From NCBI GenBank assembly GCA_035084275.1, contig CM068743.1:20460001-20524000 (forward strand): a DNA stretch of 64,000 nucleotides, given 5' to 3'. The position numbers and the translations under genes were made by a program. The notes beneath the pieces are model-generated. The model was not told the origin of the DNA. It saw only the letters and a list, made by a program, of their open reading frames with translations, and did not search any database. This DNA comes from Hydrolagus colliei (taxonomy: Eukaryota). Shown here one piece after another: positions 48,046 to 60,900 of the stretch; positions within the stretch are counted from its first letter, which is position 1; each line of letters starts with the position of its first letter.

Positions 48046-49293
48046 ATGTTGAACGAGATTAGATTTAGATAAGGAGAACCTCAGGAAAACATGCAATGCA
48101 TGAAAGAGGCAGGGAGTAAAATTTAGAGCTGAGATTTATCATTTTGGAATCAGTGCATGGAGTTTCTAATGTTAAATTGCAATTGAAAGGCTGTTTTGGG
48201 GTTTGTCTAGTTGTACTCACTGATGAATGTCGGGAGCAGTTCCTGTAATAAGGCCAACAGTGAATGAGTAACTGTGGCGTGGGATAGGATGTGAAATTGA
48301 GTCTTGATGACCAGACCACCCTCAAGCAGGCAGGTCACAGTGAGCCAGTCCACGTTGGTGGGCACATTGAATCTGTGATCAGTAGTCCAGCCTGTTTGTA
48401 CACTTAAGATTTGCCTGAGATTAGTCTTGATTTCAAGGTGTCTGTTTCATAGGCTCTCCCACAAATTTCCGTCAGTAGCGGATTGTGTTTCTTAAGACCA
48501 GGGCCCCTCAGATCTGCTGATGCATAAACACTCTGATGAGAGTGCATTTGAGAAACCATTTTAACATTTATAGAAATTAAGAGACGTACAAACAAAGGCG
48601 TCTCAAAATATCTTGAATTGACTTTACCAAAGCATGTCAAATGGCTTCCTTTCGCCCCACCCCCCCCGTCCCAGATGAATCTGCCCATTTAATGTTCCCC
48701 AGCCTGTAGTCAATAGTCCTATTGAGATTTTGAAATTCACAATTAAACTCAGCTACTTACTAAACAACTGGGTTGCAATTTCTTTTTTTTAATCAAAATA
48801 ATGCTTTCCATGTTTTACATGCACATGAAATGTGTTACAGGTTCTTGGGACGTATGTGCACTGTGTAATGTTGAGGTTCAAGGTTTTGTTGGGAGCGTTA
48901 TTTATTACAGAAAGTCCACACACTTTGTGAGAGAAATAATTTTAAACACTGCACATTTAATTTACACAGTCCTGGTATGAAAACTCTGGAAGAAACGACC
49001 TCAGCCAATCGCTATTACTCATACCAGAGGCAGTGGGTGTGGAAATGGAAATCTCTGAGCTTCAGGCTCTCAGCTTCCAATTATGACTCTGCATGTGATG
49101 GGAAAGTCCTTCTTTCCTTTAAGCAAAGGTGGTATTAATATTATTTTAAACCACTCCCCTCAATTTTCAACCCATTTGTTCGGTGTTCTGAGCCTTTCAT
49201 GTCTGGCATTGTTTCCTGGGTCAGAAAGTGAAAGGGAGGAAGTTCCCAGGGCTTTGTAACTTCCAACAGGTCACTGCGAAGAGATGTGTGCTT

Positions 49294-49406
49294 CTGATTC
49301 CCTGCTACCGGGAGGGTGATGGTGTCACTGATTCTCTGCTGGAAGGACGTTTATGACAGTGATTCTCTACTGGGAGGAGGATTGTGGCAGTGATTTCTCT
49401 GCTTGG
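49294..49406. repeat. Degenerate ~31-34 bp minisatellite, 3.5 copies
   Basis: Core 'tgattc(t/c)ct(g/a)ct' at 49294, 49328, 49359 and 49390. Confidence 0.7.
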
Positions 49407-50094
49407 TGTTTCCTGGCTGTTTCAAATGTTTCTATGACTACACGTCCACAAATTGTGAAAGCAGCAGACCAGAGACAATTTTATTTTAAATCGGGAATTA
49501 TACAGATATTAAATGATATTCAGTTGGAGCTCTATAAATATATAACTATGGAGCCTGCTTGACCCTTGCAATGGTTAGTTCAATTCTCAATTTGTAAAGT
49601 TCACATGGTGGAAATTAAATGGCGCAGAGAGAGTTATGGAATGCAAACATACAGATTTATTGAGATACAGAGTGCAAAAAAGCATGTGCCAGTAATTACT
49701 ATCAAGCCTAATAACTGTATTTGTAGATAAGTGTGAGAGCAAATTTGTGCACAGCAAGACCCCATGAACAGCCATGAAATGAACAACCAATGTATCTGGA
49801 GGACCTTTGGTTAAGATACTTGGAGAAGCTCCGTCCTCTTTTCAATGTAGTGTGAAGACAATCAACAGATTTGAGGAAACGTGAATAAAGTAACTGATGA
49901 CTCATTCGGGAAACTGATTAAATTACCAAAGCTGCAGAATAAATTGGAGGCAGATTGTAGGTTTGAAGAGCTGCAGTACTTAACAACGAGAGGTGTTGTT
50001 CTCTCATTCCCCTACGACTAAGATGTTTGGAAAAAGAGAATGGAGAAAATCATTCGGTCCAAAAAGCTGTTTCCCAGACTTTTGTTTTTCCCTT

Positions 50095-50320
50095 ATTTTG
50101 TGTAACGCTTTCAGCCATTATGCCTCGAAACCCTGGAATGCTTCCACTATCGCTCTGCCTTGTCCCCAGCTTCCCTATCTTCGGGTCTTGCCTGAAAAGC
50201 TTCCTCTATGACCATGATTATGGTTGCCTCCACCCGGCTCAAGATCATGGTCCACCACTGTCAAGTGCTCTAGAACCCTGTGTGAGGGGCGCTCTATATA
50301 AATGCAAGTTGGTGTAGTAG
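50095..50320 (+). mobile_element. L2 3' end
   Basis: 'gctttcagccattatgcctcgaaaccctggaatgc..ggcgctctatataaatgcaagttg'. Confidence 0.75.
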
Positions 50321-50654
50321 TGCTGTGCAACATTATCTGCCGAGCAAAGCATAATCTGGTTGAAAAGCTCAGTGAGAAATCAATGATTTTCTCCGTGAGA
50401 AATTTATGAGCATAAACCAGAAGTCTTTAACCCTTGATTGGTGTTCAGTTAGTTGCTCACAGTCAGGCAGTACTTCAGAAACTGCAGTCGCTGGGCAAAG
50501 GAGAAGGAAAATCAGTCTCCGTTCAACTCTTGATTGCTGCTCAGTGGTTGATGCACAAAAATACACAGGTGAAAGCAGCATTGGGGTTGGCAGTGGTTTC
50601 TCTCACCCAAGTTGACTAATCTTTGGACACTCACTGCTCAGACTCAAATGTGGC

Positions 50655-50786
50655 CACGAAGGGTCCTGGACCTGAAACGATAACCCACTTTCCTTTCTCC
50701 ATACATGCTGCCTAATTTGCTGAGTGTTTCTAGCGACTTCTGTTTTTGTTTCAGATTTCTAGCATCTGCAGCATTTTGTGTTTTGT
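50655..50786 (+). mobile_element. Penelope-type terminal repeat
   Basis: 'acgaagggtcctggacctgaaacg..tgctgcctaatttgctgagt..ttcagatttctagcatctgcagc'. Confidence 0.7.
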
Positions 50787-51309
50787 ATCCAATTTTCTCT
50801 CCTCCTCAAGATGAAGAGATAGAGAGGGAATATTGAAGGAAGAAAGACTTCATGGAAATATATCTTGCAAACCATTTATTTTATAAGGAAGAGTAGGCAG
50901 AAGTGCATTGTGTTAACATTGTATTGATACCGGCAAATGTTAGCTATATGACTATGAATATTGACTGGATGAGCAGCACTGTGTATTTCCAACAAAATCA
51001 AGTTAGATTAAAGTGACAGGTTTTCAAACAGTCAGTCCTACCTTAAGCTGCTGGGTGTTAAAAGCAGATGGAGCTGTCCTATTTGGCCAAACTGCTTTGC
51101 TATTGGTATTCCAGTGCACTGTGCCAAAGGCAGTTAGCTCAGGGTAAGCTCTTAATCTAGGTCGTACACACAGTGGGGCACAGTCGGCAGAAACAAGGCA
51201 GGTCTCCACAGGAAGAGAACAGAACAGTCAGACTCACCCCAGAAAAGAGCACTTTGGTCTTCAATAACTCCTTGTTAAAAGAAAGGACAGTCCTGACAGT
51301 AGGAATGCA

Positions 51310-51740
51310 CCTGGGTCTCTGGTCTGTCCTGCCCTGTCCACTAACTCCCTATTGCTGAACAGATCGATTTTAACATCTTTACAATCATTTTCAAATCCTT
51401 TCATGCCCTGGCACCTCCCAACCTTCTCCAACCTGCTTCCCCCCACCAACTCACTATTTGTTGCCTCCGCTCGACTGGCTCTGGAGCCTTCTGCTTATCC
51501 AGCGTGCCATCCGTTCCATCAACCCTTGCAGCACTTTCAGCTACTACGTCCCAAAACTCTGCAACACTCTTCCTCTATCGCCTCGCCTCTTCCTTCCCCA
51601 TCTTCAGGTTGCGCCGGATGACTTTGCTCTTTGACCATGTTACAATTAGCTACCCATCCCCCAGCTCAGCGTTGTGCTCCTCCACTGTCTGGAGCTCTGG
51701 GATGCTACCTACCCCTACTTGAGGAGAGTTTTAAAAATGT
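51310..51740 (+). mobile_element. L2 3' fragment
   Basis: 'cagatcgattttaacatc..ttcaaatcctttcatgccctggcacctcc' (FKIL..KSLHGLAP-like). Confidence 0.75.
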
Positions 51741-52794
51741 ATTTTTTGTCATTTAACTTTGTCATTTATCGTTCAGGATGAGCATGTTTTCAGTGGAAAT
51801 ACTTTGCTTTTTAAAAAAAAATACAATGTAAAGAATCTATGATATGGTGAAGAGCCCGGCTCACCTTGAGAATAGTGTGATAGAAGCTGTTACCATTGGG
51901 AGCTTAGTGCTGCTGGGTGGTGTAAAAGCCTGTGTGGTCCTAGACCTGCTGCAACTGATATTTCAGCATTTGTGAAGTAGCATGTGAAGTAGTGACAGCT
52001 CTGCAAGTGCTCTCTCCTTGCCCTGCTTAGTAACATTCAATTTCTTTGTCTGAGTATTTAATGAAAGCCATAACACTAGTGACATTTCCAGAATGCTTCC
52101 TTGAGTCTGTGTGATATAATTATTTCCACTTGCGAGACTGGCGACATTGGAAGCAAACCTCTGTTCACACAGACCTCCATGAAGTAACCTTGATTTCTTG
52201 AAATGTTGTTCTGAAACTGGCAAAGGCAATCTTTTCTCCAATTAGAGTTTAGATAGAATTACATAGAATGTTATAGCACAAAAACAATTGGGCTATTTAG
52301 CCTAAATAGTCTGTACCGGTGTTCATGTTTCATACATGCCTCCACCCCTTCAATCTCTCTTTCTCTACACCTCTATTTGTTTCTACCTAATGTTTGCATC
52401 AAGTTCCTCTTAACCACATTGATGTTGCTTCACTTCACCTTACTTATTGTGGGACTGCATGATGCTACTGTAAATGACACTTGAATAATGGCAACCGATG
52501 TGCTTTGGAGGTGCATTGTCCTCTAAACTAATGGGTTGCATGTCTGTGCTCTTGTGTCTCAAGTGCGAAGTTTGTGGTGCCAGTCATGGCAGTGGCGGGA
52601 GAATGAATAGAGAAGATCCCTTGTGCATCTCTTCCGTAACATTTGGTGGAATGATCCAATGCATCAGTGACTGAGTTCTGGTTGTTGCTTCTCTGAATTT
52701 TCCCCTTTTGTGGCTTTCAAGCTCCAAATACACAACATGGCCTTTTCCTCCACGGGAGAAATTCTACTTCAGTTAAACGTAACTTGACTCATGA

Positions 52795-52941
52795 CAATTT
52801 TAGAGCATCCAGAAATTGGCAAATTCATAAATACAGAGTTAATTTTGAAGGTGGTTTTCTGCAAATTATTTTAACAAAATGAAAAGCATCAAAGTTGAAA
52901 CTGAATTCAACTATTTGCCAAATTTTGGATGCTATAAATTG
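52795..52941 (+). mobile_element. ~145-bp element with inverted ends (putative MITE), copy 1
   Basis: 'agagcatccagaaattggcaaat' ... 'atttgccaaattttggatgctat'. Confidence 0.65.
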
Positions 52942-52983
52942 CTTTCAAAAATAGTCGGTTTAGAATTGTGTGAAAACTCCAAA

Positions 52984-53335
52984 ATAATAATAATAATAAT
53001 CCTTGCGTTTATTATAGCACCTTATCATGTATTTGAGACATCTCAAAACGCTTTCCCCAAAATACTGTAAAATAAATTGACTGTATATGTCTTATGAAAG
53101 AAACATGGCAACCAATTGTGCACAGTTGTGTCTCAGAAACAGTCATAGATTGAGGAACTAAATTCTTCTTATTTATTTATTGGAAGCAATTATTACCCTG
53201 GAAAAGTGATCTGCCAATTGACTAACAATCCGATTCCTACTTATTGCTAGTTAAATAGAAGCAAAGAACCATTTTCCTTGCTGTGAATCAAACCTAGGTC
53301 CTCTTGATTGTGTGTTTAACTTCTAAGCTACAGGT
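52984..53335 (-). mobile_element. tRNA-Ala-like SINE, diverged
   Basis: (AAT)n tail and body; head remnant 'gaatcaaacctaggtc..aagctacagg'. Confidence 0.8.
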
Positions 53336-53370
53336 TCCACAGAAGCTACAGGTTCCACAGAAGCTACAGG
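53325..53370. repeat. 18-bp tandem repeat, 2.5 copies, at the SINE 5' end
   Basis: 'aagctacaggttccacag' twice, then 'aagctacagg'. Confidence 0.9.
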
Positions 53371-53725
53371 CCCTCCCTTCTGTGTCCTCATTGACCAGAA
53401 GTCATAAACTGTAGAACCAACTCCCGACAGCCTTCCTTTCCCAGTACCTGAGACCCCAACTGCCACCTGGACATAGCCTGGATGACAGATTACTATTGTG
53501 CACTGTTGTTCAGTTCTTAAATTCAGTCTTAGTTTGGTGAAAAGGCCATGTTTCAAATTAAAGCTAAAATTAAACATTTTCAACAAATTGTGCCCTAAAC
53601 TAAATTACGTGTTAGGACAAAATCATGTTAGAACTCTGGGCCACTGTACACAGTGGAATTGCATAACTGGTTTCATCTTCCAATCAACTACTAAAACTCA
53701 AGGTTGTCAATTAATCAGTGAAGTA

Positions 53726-54214
53726 CAGTAAAAGCCCATTTATCCAGCACCCGCGGGAACTGGCCAATACCGGTTAGACGGCATGCTGGATACTTGGTCG
53801 CATCCGGCGCCGAAAACCCAACACCCCCAAAAAATTAATGTATTTTAACACATCATACTGATAATAGACTGAATAAAAACAAATAATAAAAGACCTTTGT
53901 TATTCATCTAAAAATCACTTTGCTGTAGATGCCTGGTTTGAAGCCATGATGCTGGGCTAGAGGTGTACAGTCTATCGATAACTTCTGCTATGGCGGATGC
54001 CATGCAAGGGAAAAAAATGGCAGCGCGACTTTAAGGCTCTACTAGTGGCAAGCCAAAATACCTGTAGAGAACTCTCGTACGACAATCGATTCATTAAATG
54101 AGCCACCGAGATTGTGCCAGATAACATCCGGTTAAGTAAATGGGGACTTTTTTTGACGTACCGGTTATATAGAAGTTCCGGTTGATCGAGTCATGGATAA
54201 ACAAGCTTTTACTA
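53726..54214 (-). mobile_element. Tigger MITE copy D
   Basis: TA|cagtaaaagcccatttatcc ... ggataaacaagcttttacta|TA; minus-strand ATG at 53947 reads MASNQASTAK*. Confidence 0.9.
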
Positions 54215-55823
54215 TACTACTTCATCATCTGCCTTATCTTTACTCTTAAATCTTGGTGGTATTCTGCACCTTAGCCCTTAGCGTTCCACCTGTGTTTTTC
54301 CATTGAAAAATGCAAAACTTTTTGTGTTGTGTAATGTGAGGTATGGACTAAGTATGGCAAAATACAGTCAATCCACTATATTAGATGATGGCACCAAAAA
54401 AATGCCTTACTAAATGCAAGGATTCTTAATATTATCGTGGAAGGTGAGTTTCAAACAAGGAATGGGAGGGAAAGAAGGATAAACCATTCATTGCACATAG
54501 TAGTTAACACAGACTTATCTCTGAGAGTAAACACTGTAACTGTTAAGTACATATTCCTGGATGAATCCCATGTAGCTTTCTGGCCAGCTCAAACTCTGCT
54601 AAAGGTTTACCAAAACATAACAGAAATGTTGGCAGAGATTAAGTGAATGGCTCACATTGGATCTGAGAACATGCCAAATACATAGATGAACTGTAGACCG
54701 TGGATGCATTCCAAGGGGTATCCCCTTGGCTGCTATCCACTCCACTGTTTGTTTTTAAACAACAGGGCTCTGTGGAAGAATCCTGATTCACTGCTAATAA
54801 CAACAATCCTTCTGTTCGAAATAGTGTTGAGACAATTATTTGTAAAGTTTAACAATCTCAAACTTTACAAGGAATTGCTGCCGTGTAGTAACTGCGATTG
54901 GAGGAAATATTTTTGTTTACATGGTTATTTGATAGGGGGTGGAGTGGTGTTGAAAGCATGGAATATAGCGATAGACTTCATATTCATCCCTCTCCTTTCA
55001 ACCATTGATCTCTGTGGACAACTGTAATTTTCCTGACCCAGAATAAAATCCAGGAAAAGGAAGAACTCTTGTCATGTTGAATGCAGCTAAGTTGGAGATG
55101 AAATTGCCAATGACTTGGTTATTGCTGGTGCATTCGTCAGATTGACTCAGATGCTGGTTGTAGCAAGAGACACTGAAATTGTTTTTGCTGAACTAGACCG
55201 GTGTGAAGGAATAATTTTGTGACATCAATTAGTGAATGTTTCATTCCATACTGTACTCCCGTTGTACTATTCAGGCAATCTATTTAGACCATGGAGCCTA
55301 AAGTGAATCAACTAACATCATTAAAACTACTTTCATCCCAATTCCCTGTTTTTTACCACATGCCACAGCCTTTTGCATTCTTTTTCTGCAATTGTTTATC
55401 CAACACTAATTTGGCCCTGATCCATCTCCGGCAGAAACTCAAACTGTGCATCACAGCTCCTGTCCTCTACCCACTGTATACAGTATTCTTGCTTTGAGTT
55501 GCACTTTTCTGATATCTGTGTTGACGCACACTGTGTATGCATATGGACAACCACACAAGTTCAGTGGGGTGCAGCACTGCAGGGACCATTCAGTGTAAGT
55601 AGGGCAAGCTGCACTCTATCCTTTTACATTCCTTATTCTGGTCCCTGCCTTCCTTCTGCTTTTTTATTTGAAAGAGATTTACTGGAGCAGGTCATAAGCT
55701 AATTCTTTTGAAACATATTAACAGCAAATCTGTTTCTGTGCAAACACGATGCAGAGTAAGTACTTTGTTAAACTCTTGTCAACTTATTTGTTGTATGCAT
55801 TGGCTCTGGTATTAATAATAATA

Positions 55824-56489
55824 TAGTAAAAGCTCGTTTCTGTGGGACCTGGCCAATGCCGGTTAAAGCGCCTGCCGGATATTTGGGCGGCCCGCGGCCG
55901 AAAACCCACCACAACAAAATTAAAGTTCTTTTAACACACACCTTGCACACCAGACTAAATAATAACAGATAATAACAGAATATTGTATTGGTACTTATTG
56001 TTAAAACTACTCTCTTGCACTTCTCACCTTTACTGATTGAGGTTTATAGTCCAGCGATTCTTTTTTAAATGGAGCCAAGCGGGTGAAAAAAATGGCAGCG
56101 GAATTTTAAAGTCGCACGACTTTACTAGCTGCCAAAATAATTCACCTGCGCGACAATGTGGGTTATTGGCTAGCATTATCAGCTTTGAAGTCATACGCGC
56201 TCCATTTTGGCGTGCTCCATTTTAAAAAGAATCGCTGGACTGTAAACCTCAACTAAAGCATCATGGCTTCAAGTGCAGCATCTACCAGCAAAGGTAAAAC
56301 GCGCAAGAGAGTAGTTTTAACAATAAGTACCAATACAATATTGTGTTGTTTTGTTATTATTTATGCATTTACAAATGCTCCACTGCTATTGTCTGGATAA
56401 GTTCCGGTTTATCGAATGGGGATTGTTATTTTGGCGTGCCGGTTATACGAAAGTGCCGTATCAAGTCATGGATAAATGGGCTTCTACTG
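55824..56489 (-). mobile_element. Tigger MITE copy E, with an internal inverted duplication and the transposase N-terminus
   Basis: TA|tagtaaaagctcgttt ... ggataaatgggcttctactg|TA; MASSAASTSKGKTRKRVVLTI at 56263-56325 (+). Confidence 0.9.
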
Positions 56490-56494
56490 TACTT

Positions 56495-56910
56495 ACAATA
56501 GATACAGTGGAAGAACATCTCAAACAGCTTCACAGGACATGCTGTAAAGAGTAGTGAATATGGGAGAACATTGGAGCCAATCAGTACAAAGCAATGTCTC
56601 ATAAACAGCCACAAAGTGAACAGGGGATTCATTTGAGGGATTTGTTGACCAGGACACAGAGAGAAAATGCCTTTTCTTTTCGAATCATGCCATGGGATCT
56701 TTAATGTCTACCTGAACAGACAGACAGGACATAGGGTTTAACATCTCATCAGAATGGTAGCACTTCCGATAATGATTCCCCCCTCCCACCCCCATAATCT
56801 TCAGTACTATATTGGAGTGTCAACCAAGACAACAATTTCAAGTCTTAACCTAGGGCTTGAATTTACAAGATTACAACTCTTTGAGGCAAGATTGTTACCA
56901 ATTCAGCTGA
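56495..56910 (-). mobile_element. Deu-domain SINE
   Basis: 'gaccaggacac..tgccatgggatctttaatgtctacctgaacag..ggtttaacatctcatc'. Confidence 0.8.
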
Positions 56911-57069
56911 CATTTTACAGGCTTCTTATTGATCTGATCATTCAAAAGTAGTGATGAATATTAAAATTTTCTTTGTGGAGGGGAGGGATACATGAAATGC
57001 TTTTGGATTGGGCATCACATACCAATACAAGGTTTAGGGTACATTGCATCGTCACACATGCTCCCATTT

Positions 57070-57142
57070 GCAACGCCTTGTGACTTCCCGTCCTCCTGAC
57101 GTGAAAGGTGCTTTACAAGTGTAATTTTGTTGTTGTTGTTGT
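57070..57142 (+). mobile_element. Ultra-short L2 3' tail
   Basis: 'cgtcctcctgacgtgaaaggtgctttacaagtgtaattttgttgttgtt'. Confidence 0.85.
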
Positions 57143-57939
57143 AGTATGTGATGTTAAACAGGGGTCTTATCTCTTATCTGCCTGCGAAGGGGTATAATTA
57201 TACCATCAGAGAATTTCAGTATATCTATTGTGTAGTCTGGGTGGAGATGGAAGTGGATTGGGGGAGATTTGCAGCCACAAGAGAGTTAATATCTCTCTGT
57301 TATTCACTGACCATGTTGGCCATGTTTTCAACAATGTGCTAACACATCACAGGCAATGTTTATACATGATGTGACAGACCCACAAGATGCCATATTGGCA
57401 GGCTGCAGTCAGCATTTCAGTATAACCAGGGTGCTGTTTCAAAACTCGTTAAGAGTGCTTCAAGTTATTATCTCAGACATTATGTGCTTGAATGTGAATG
57501 GAAGTTGATCTTGTTATTGATTGAAGGCTTGTCCTGTTCAGGTAAAATTTAAAGATTCAAAAAGAAAAGGGGAGTTCCTCTCCATGGGTTTCTAAATTCC
57601 ACCTGAACAGGCAGAGGTCCTGGCCAAGAATCCTCCAAATACAATTAGGTACACTACTGTGCGCAAACTGGCTATTGTATTTTGCTCACACAATACAGTC
57701 AAAATAATTGACACTATATCCTGTGAGGCATTTTCAGGCTTGTTGAAAAAGTGATAAGATGACATGGCAAATTTAAAGATTATTATTATTTATTATTATG
57801 GTTTATAGCATCAATAGTGGCTACATGTAAATGAATAGAGATCAGAAATCCTCTCATAGTTCAGATGGTTTTTTATATATAGATTATATATTAATTAATA
57901 GATATCTGGGACTCGAATGCGAATGCACCAATTTAAGTC

Positions 57940-59720
57940 ATGGAATAAAGCCTTGTATCCCATATGCTTTATTTTAAACAACTTTATCTCTCTGTCTCCC
58001 CACCGTTTACATTTATTTATATGAACCTTTAGATCTCTCTGTTGCTTCACAACTTTTAAGATTCTACTATCTAGCTTATTCAGCGCCTTGGATGTCTTCC
58101 CGACTTGAAAGGCACTGTACAAATGTAATTTTGTTGGTGTATTTATTATTATTATTACTGCCTCATTCTTCCTTTCAAAATGCATCACTTCACATTTTTC
58201 CACATTAAACTTCCTATTACCTTCCTCACTATTTACTACTTTTACCAGCTTGTATCATCTGCAAACTTAGAAATTGTACTCCCTATACACAAGTCCAGGT
58301 CGTTTATATAGACCAAAAACAGCAATGGTCTCAAAAGCAATCCCTGAAGGACACCACTGCATCCAACCTTCCAATTAGAAAAACAGCCATTCACCAGGCT
58401 TAGTATCCACGGAGGTTTGGATGCCATATCTTTCCTCTTGTGGTAATGTATTTGTTCTGTCGCCGAACTGTCTCCTCCTGGAAGTTTCCCATTGCTCGTT
58501 TTACTTTAAATTTTACTGCCAATCTTTCTTTACAGTCCACCTTGGCTAGGTCCCTTTTTAACTCACCAAAATTAGCCCCCCTCCTCAAAGGTGAGTATTT
58601 TCATCTTTGATTGTTCCTTGTCCCTTTCCATGAGTATTCTAAACCCAATGATGTTGTGATCCCTTTTGTCCAGATGCTCACCAAATCAATCAATCAATCA
58701 ATCAATCAATCAGTTCTTACATTTATATAGTGCTTTTCACGTTGAAAGGACGTCCCAGGATATTGTACAGTCAGGAAGGGCCAAGAGCAGTGGGGGAGGG
58801 GTAGGGGCAGGATGAAGAAGAGCAGGAAAATTGACGATTGTGGCCGAAACGCGGCAGCCAAATTGCACACAGAGGGTAAAACTATTCCACTTGCCCCACT
58901 TCATTCCACAGAACTAGATCCAGCATTGTTTCCTTCCATGTTGGGCTAGAAACATACTGATCCAGAAAGTTATCCAGCACACATTTCAGGAATCCTTTCT
59001 GTTCCTTCCCCTTTACACTGTTATTTTGCCAGTGTATGTTGGGATAATTCAAGTCCCTTTTGTCAATACTCTATTGGTTTTACATATTTCTGAAATCTGC
59101 TTTCAGATTTGCCCATCAATCTCCTTCCCACTATTTGGTGGTCAAAAGTATACACCTATTAGACTAACAGTTCCTTTTCTGATCCTTAACTCTAACCAAA
59201 TTCTGTTATGGACCCTTTACCACATTGTCTTTTTCCAAGGTAGTAACTGTGTCTTTAATCAATATTGCCACCAACCCCACTTCCCACCTTTCCTTCATTT
59301 CCTATCCCTGCTGAATACATTGTAGCCAGGAATATTCAGCTCCCATTCCTGCACTTGTTTGAGCCAGGTCTCAGTTATTGCCATTAGATCATAAATCCTT
59401 GTGGCAACTTGAGCCTGCAGCTCACCAATCTTATTTGTCGCACTTATTTGTTACACACATGCACTCCCAAGACTGACTGGGTCTGCACTACATTACTCCC
59501 TCATCTTATCCCTCCTCTTTCCAGATAATTTATCCCCCCAAGTCATGGATCCCAACATGGACCACAACTTCTGGATGTTCCCCTTCCCACTGTGAAATGT
59601 TTTGCATCCGTTCCGTGATGTCTTCAACCCAGGCACCTGGGAGGCAACATATTGTTTGAGTTGTGTCTTTGGTTGCAGTCATGACTGTCATCCCTTTCAC
59701 CATTGTGTACGCAATCACAA
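57940..59720 (-). mobile_element. Old, internally deleted CR1 spanning the ORF1 esterase, APE endonuclease and RT, with L2-tail insertions at about 58080 and 58712
   Basis: ORF1 ICCLPGAWVEDITER..PEVVVHVG; APE YDLMAITETWL..ELNIPGYNVF; RT SGVLQGLLLRPLLFLVYINDL..SKFADDT, EKCEVMHF. Confidence 0.9.
58684..58712. repeat. (TCAA)n microsatellite
   Basis: 'aatcaatcaatcaatcaatcaatcaatca'. Confidence 0.95.
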
Positions 59721-60377
59721 TTGAATTGATACTCTTCCCTGTGCATCTATTTGCTTTTGACTGCACTACCCAGAGGTGTCATCACCCTCACCGGTATTCA
59801 GTACATATTCAAATGTTAAAAGCCTGTGCCAAGATGTATTATCTTATTTCCCCTTCCCAAACCTCAGCCCCAACCTCCAGTTAGCAGAGTGAAGCACTTT
59901 ATGATGTCCTTCCTTCCAAAGTGCATTTGGTAAGTAAGTATTAAAGTCCATATCCCTGCTGCATTATAAGCGAGCTTGTGTTAGTATAAAATGTATAAGG
60001 TAAAATTACAGATGGAGACATGGATTTTTTTTTGCTGAAGTTGTTTGGCAACCTGATGTGAGACTAGACTTTGCAGCTGCAGAACATATTGTATGTGGGT
60101 TAAATGTTGGTTTGAAAACAGATGTGCTTGTGCTGTGCACTTTTTAAGATTAACGGTTTTACCCAACCACCGTATCATTTGCCTTTGCTATCTGTACCCA
60201 TTCCCCAACCCATTTGCTTCTGAGCAGGATCATGTATTAGCCTCGGTTGAGTGAATTTGCTTGAGAATTGCTATTTATGATGCTTCAAGATTCTATTAAT
60301 GAGTAAAATGACACATGGAAGATTGTGGATTTGTACATACATGGGGGCAGAAATTTGTTTATTCTATTTTTTTAAAG

Positions 60378-60520
60378 AATTTCTCAGTATGCAGAATTTG
60401 GCAATTTGTTGAATTCAGTCTTAATTTTGAAATATTTTTCCAGTATTCCTAACATTAATTTACAGAAACTGGCTTCCAAATTAAGAAGAACAATTTGCCA
60501 AATTCTGGATGCTCTGAAAT
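60378..60520 (-). mobile_element. ~145-bp putative MITE, copy 2 (reverse of 52795-52941)
   Basis: 'gcagaatttggcaatttgttgaattcagt..caatttgccaaattctggatgctctg'. Confidence 0.65.
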
Positions 60521-60534
60521 ATTGGAGCCAGTGG

Positions 60535-60900
60535 AATAATAATCCTAGCATTTGATGTAGTGCCTTATAACGTTGTTGAGTTGTGCTTCACAGGATTGTG
60601 TCTTATGTATGTTTCAAAGAACTTCACTGAATGGTCTGTAAATTGTAGTGGCTGTGTTTTTGGAGGAAAATGTGGCCAGTATTCTCACAGCAATGACTCC
60701 AAAACAGTCTTGAAGTAATCTATTTTTTTACACCTCTGGGGGATTTTTGTCCAGGACACTGCCAGAAACTCCTCTCTTTTCAAATAGTGCCGTGGAATAT
60801 TTAGCACTCACATATGCAGGCAGATAAAATATTTGTTTAACATCTCATCCGAAGAACATATTTGACCCAATATGTGCCAGGAGTCGTTGAATTCAAGACT
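60535..60900 (-). mobile_element. Deu-domain SINE
   Basis: (AAT)n tail; 'ccaggacactgcc..tcaaatagtgccgtggaat..tttaacatctcatccgaa'. Confidence 0.75.
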
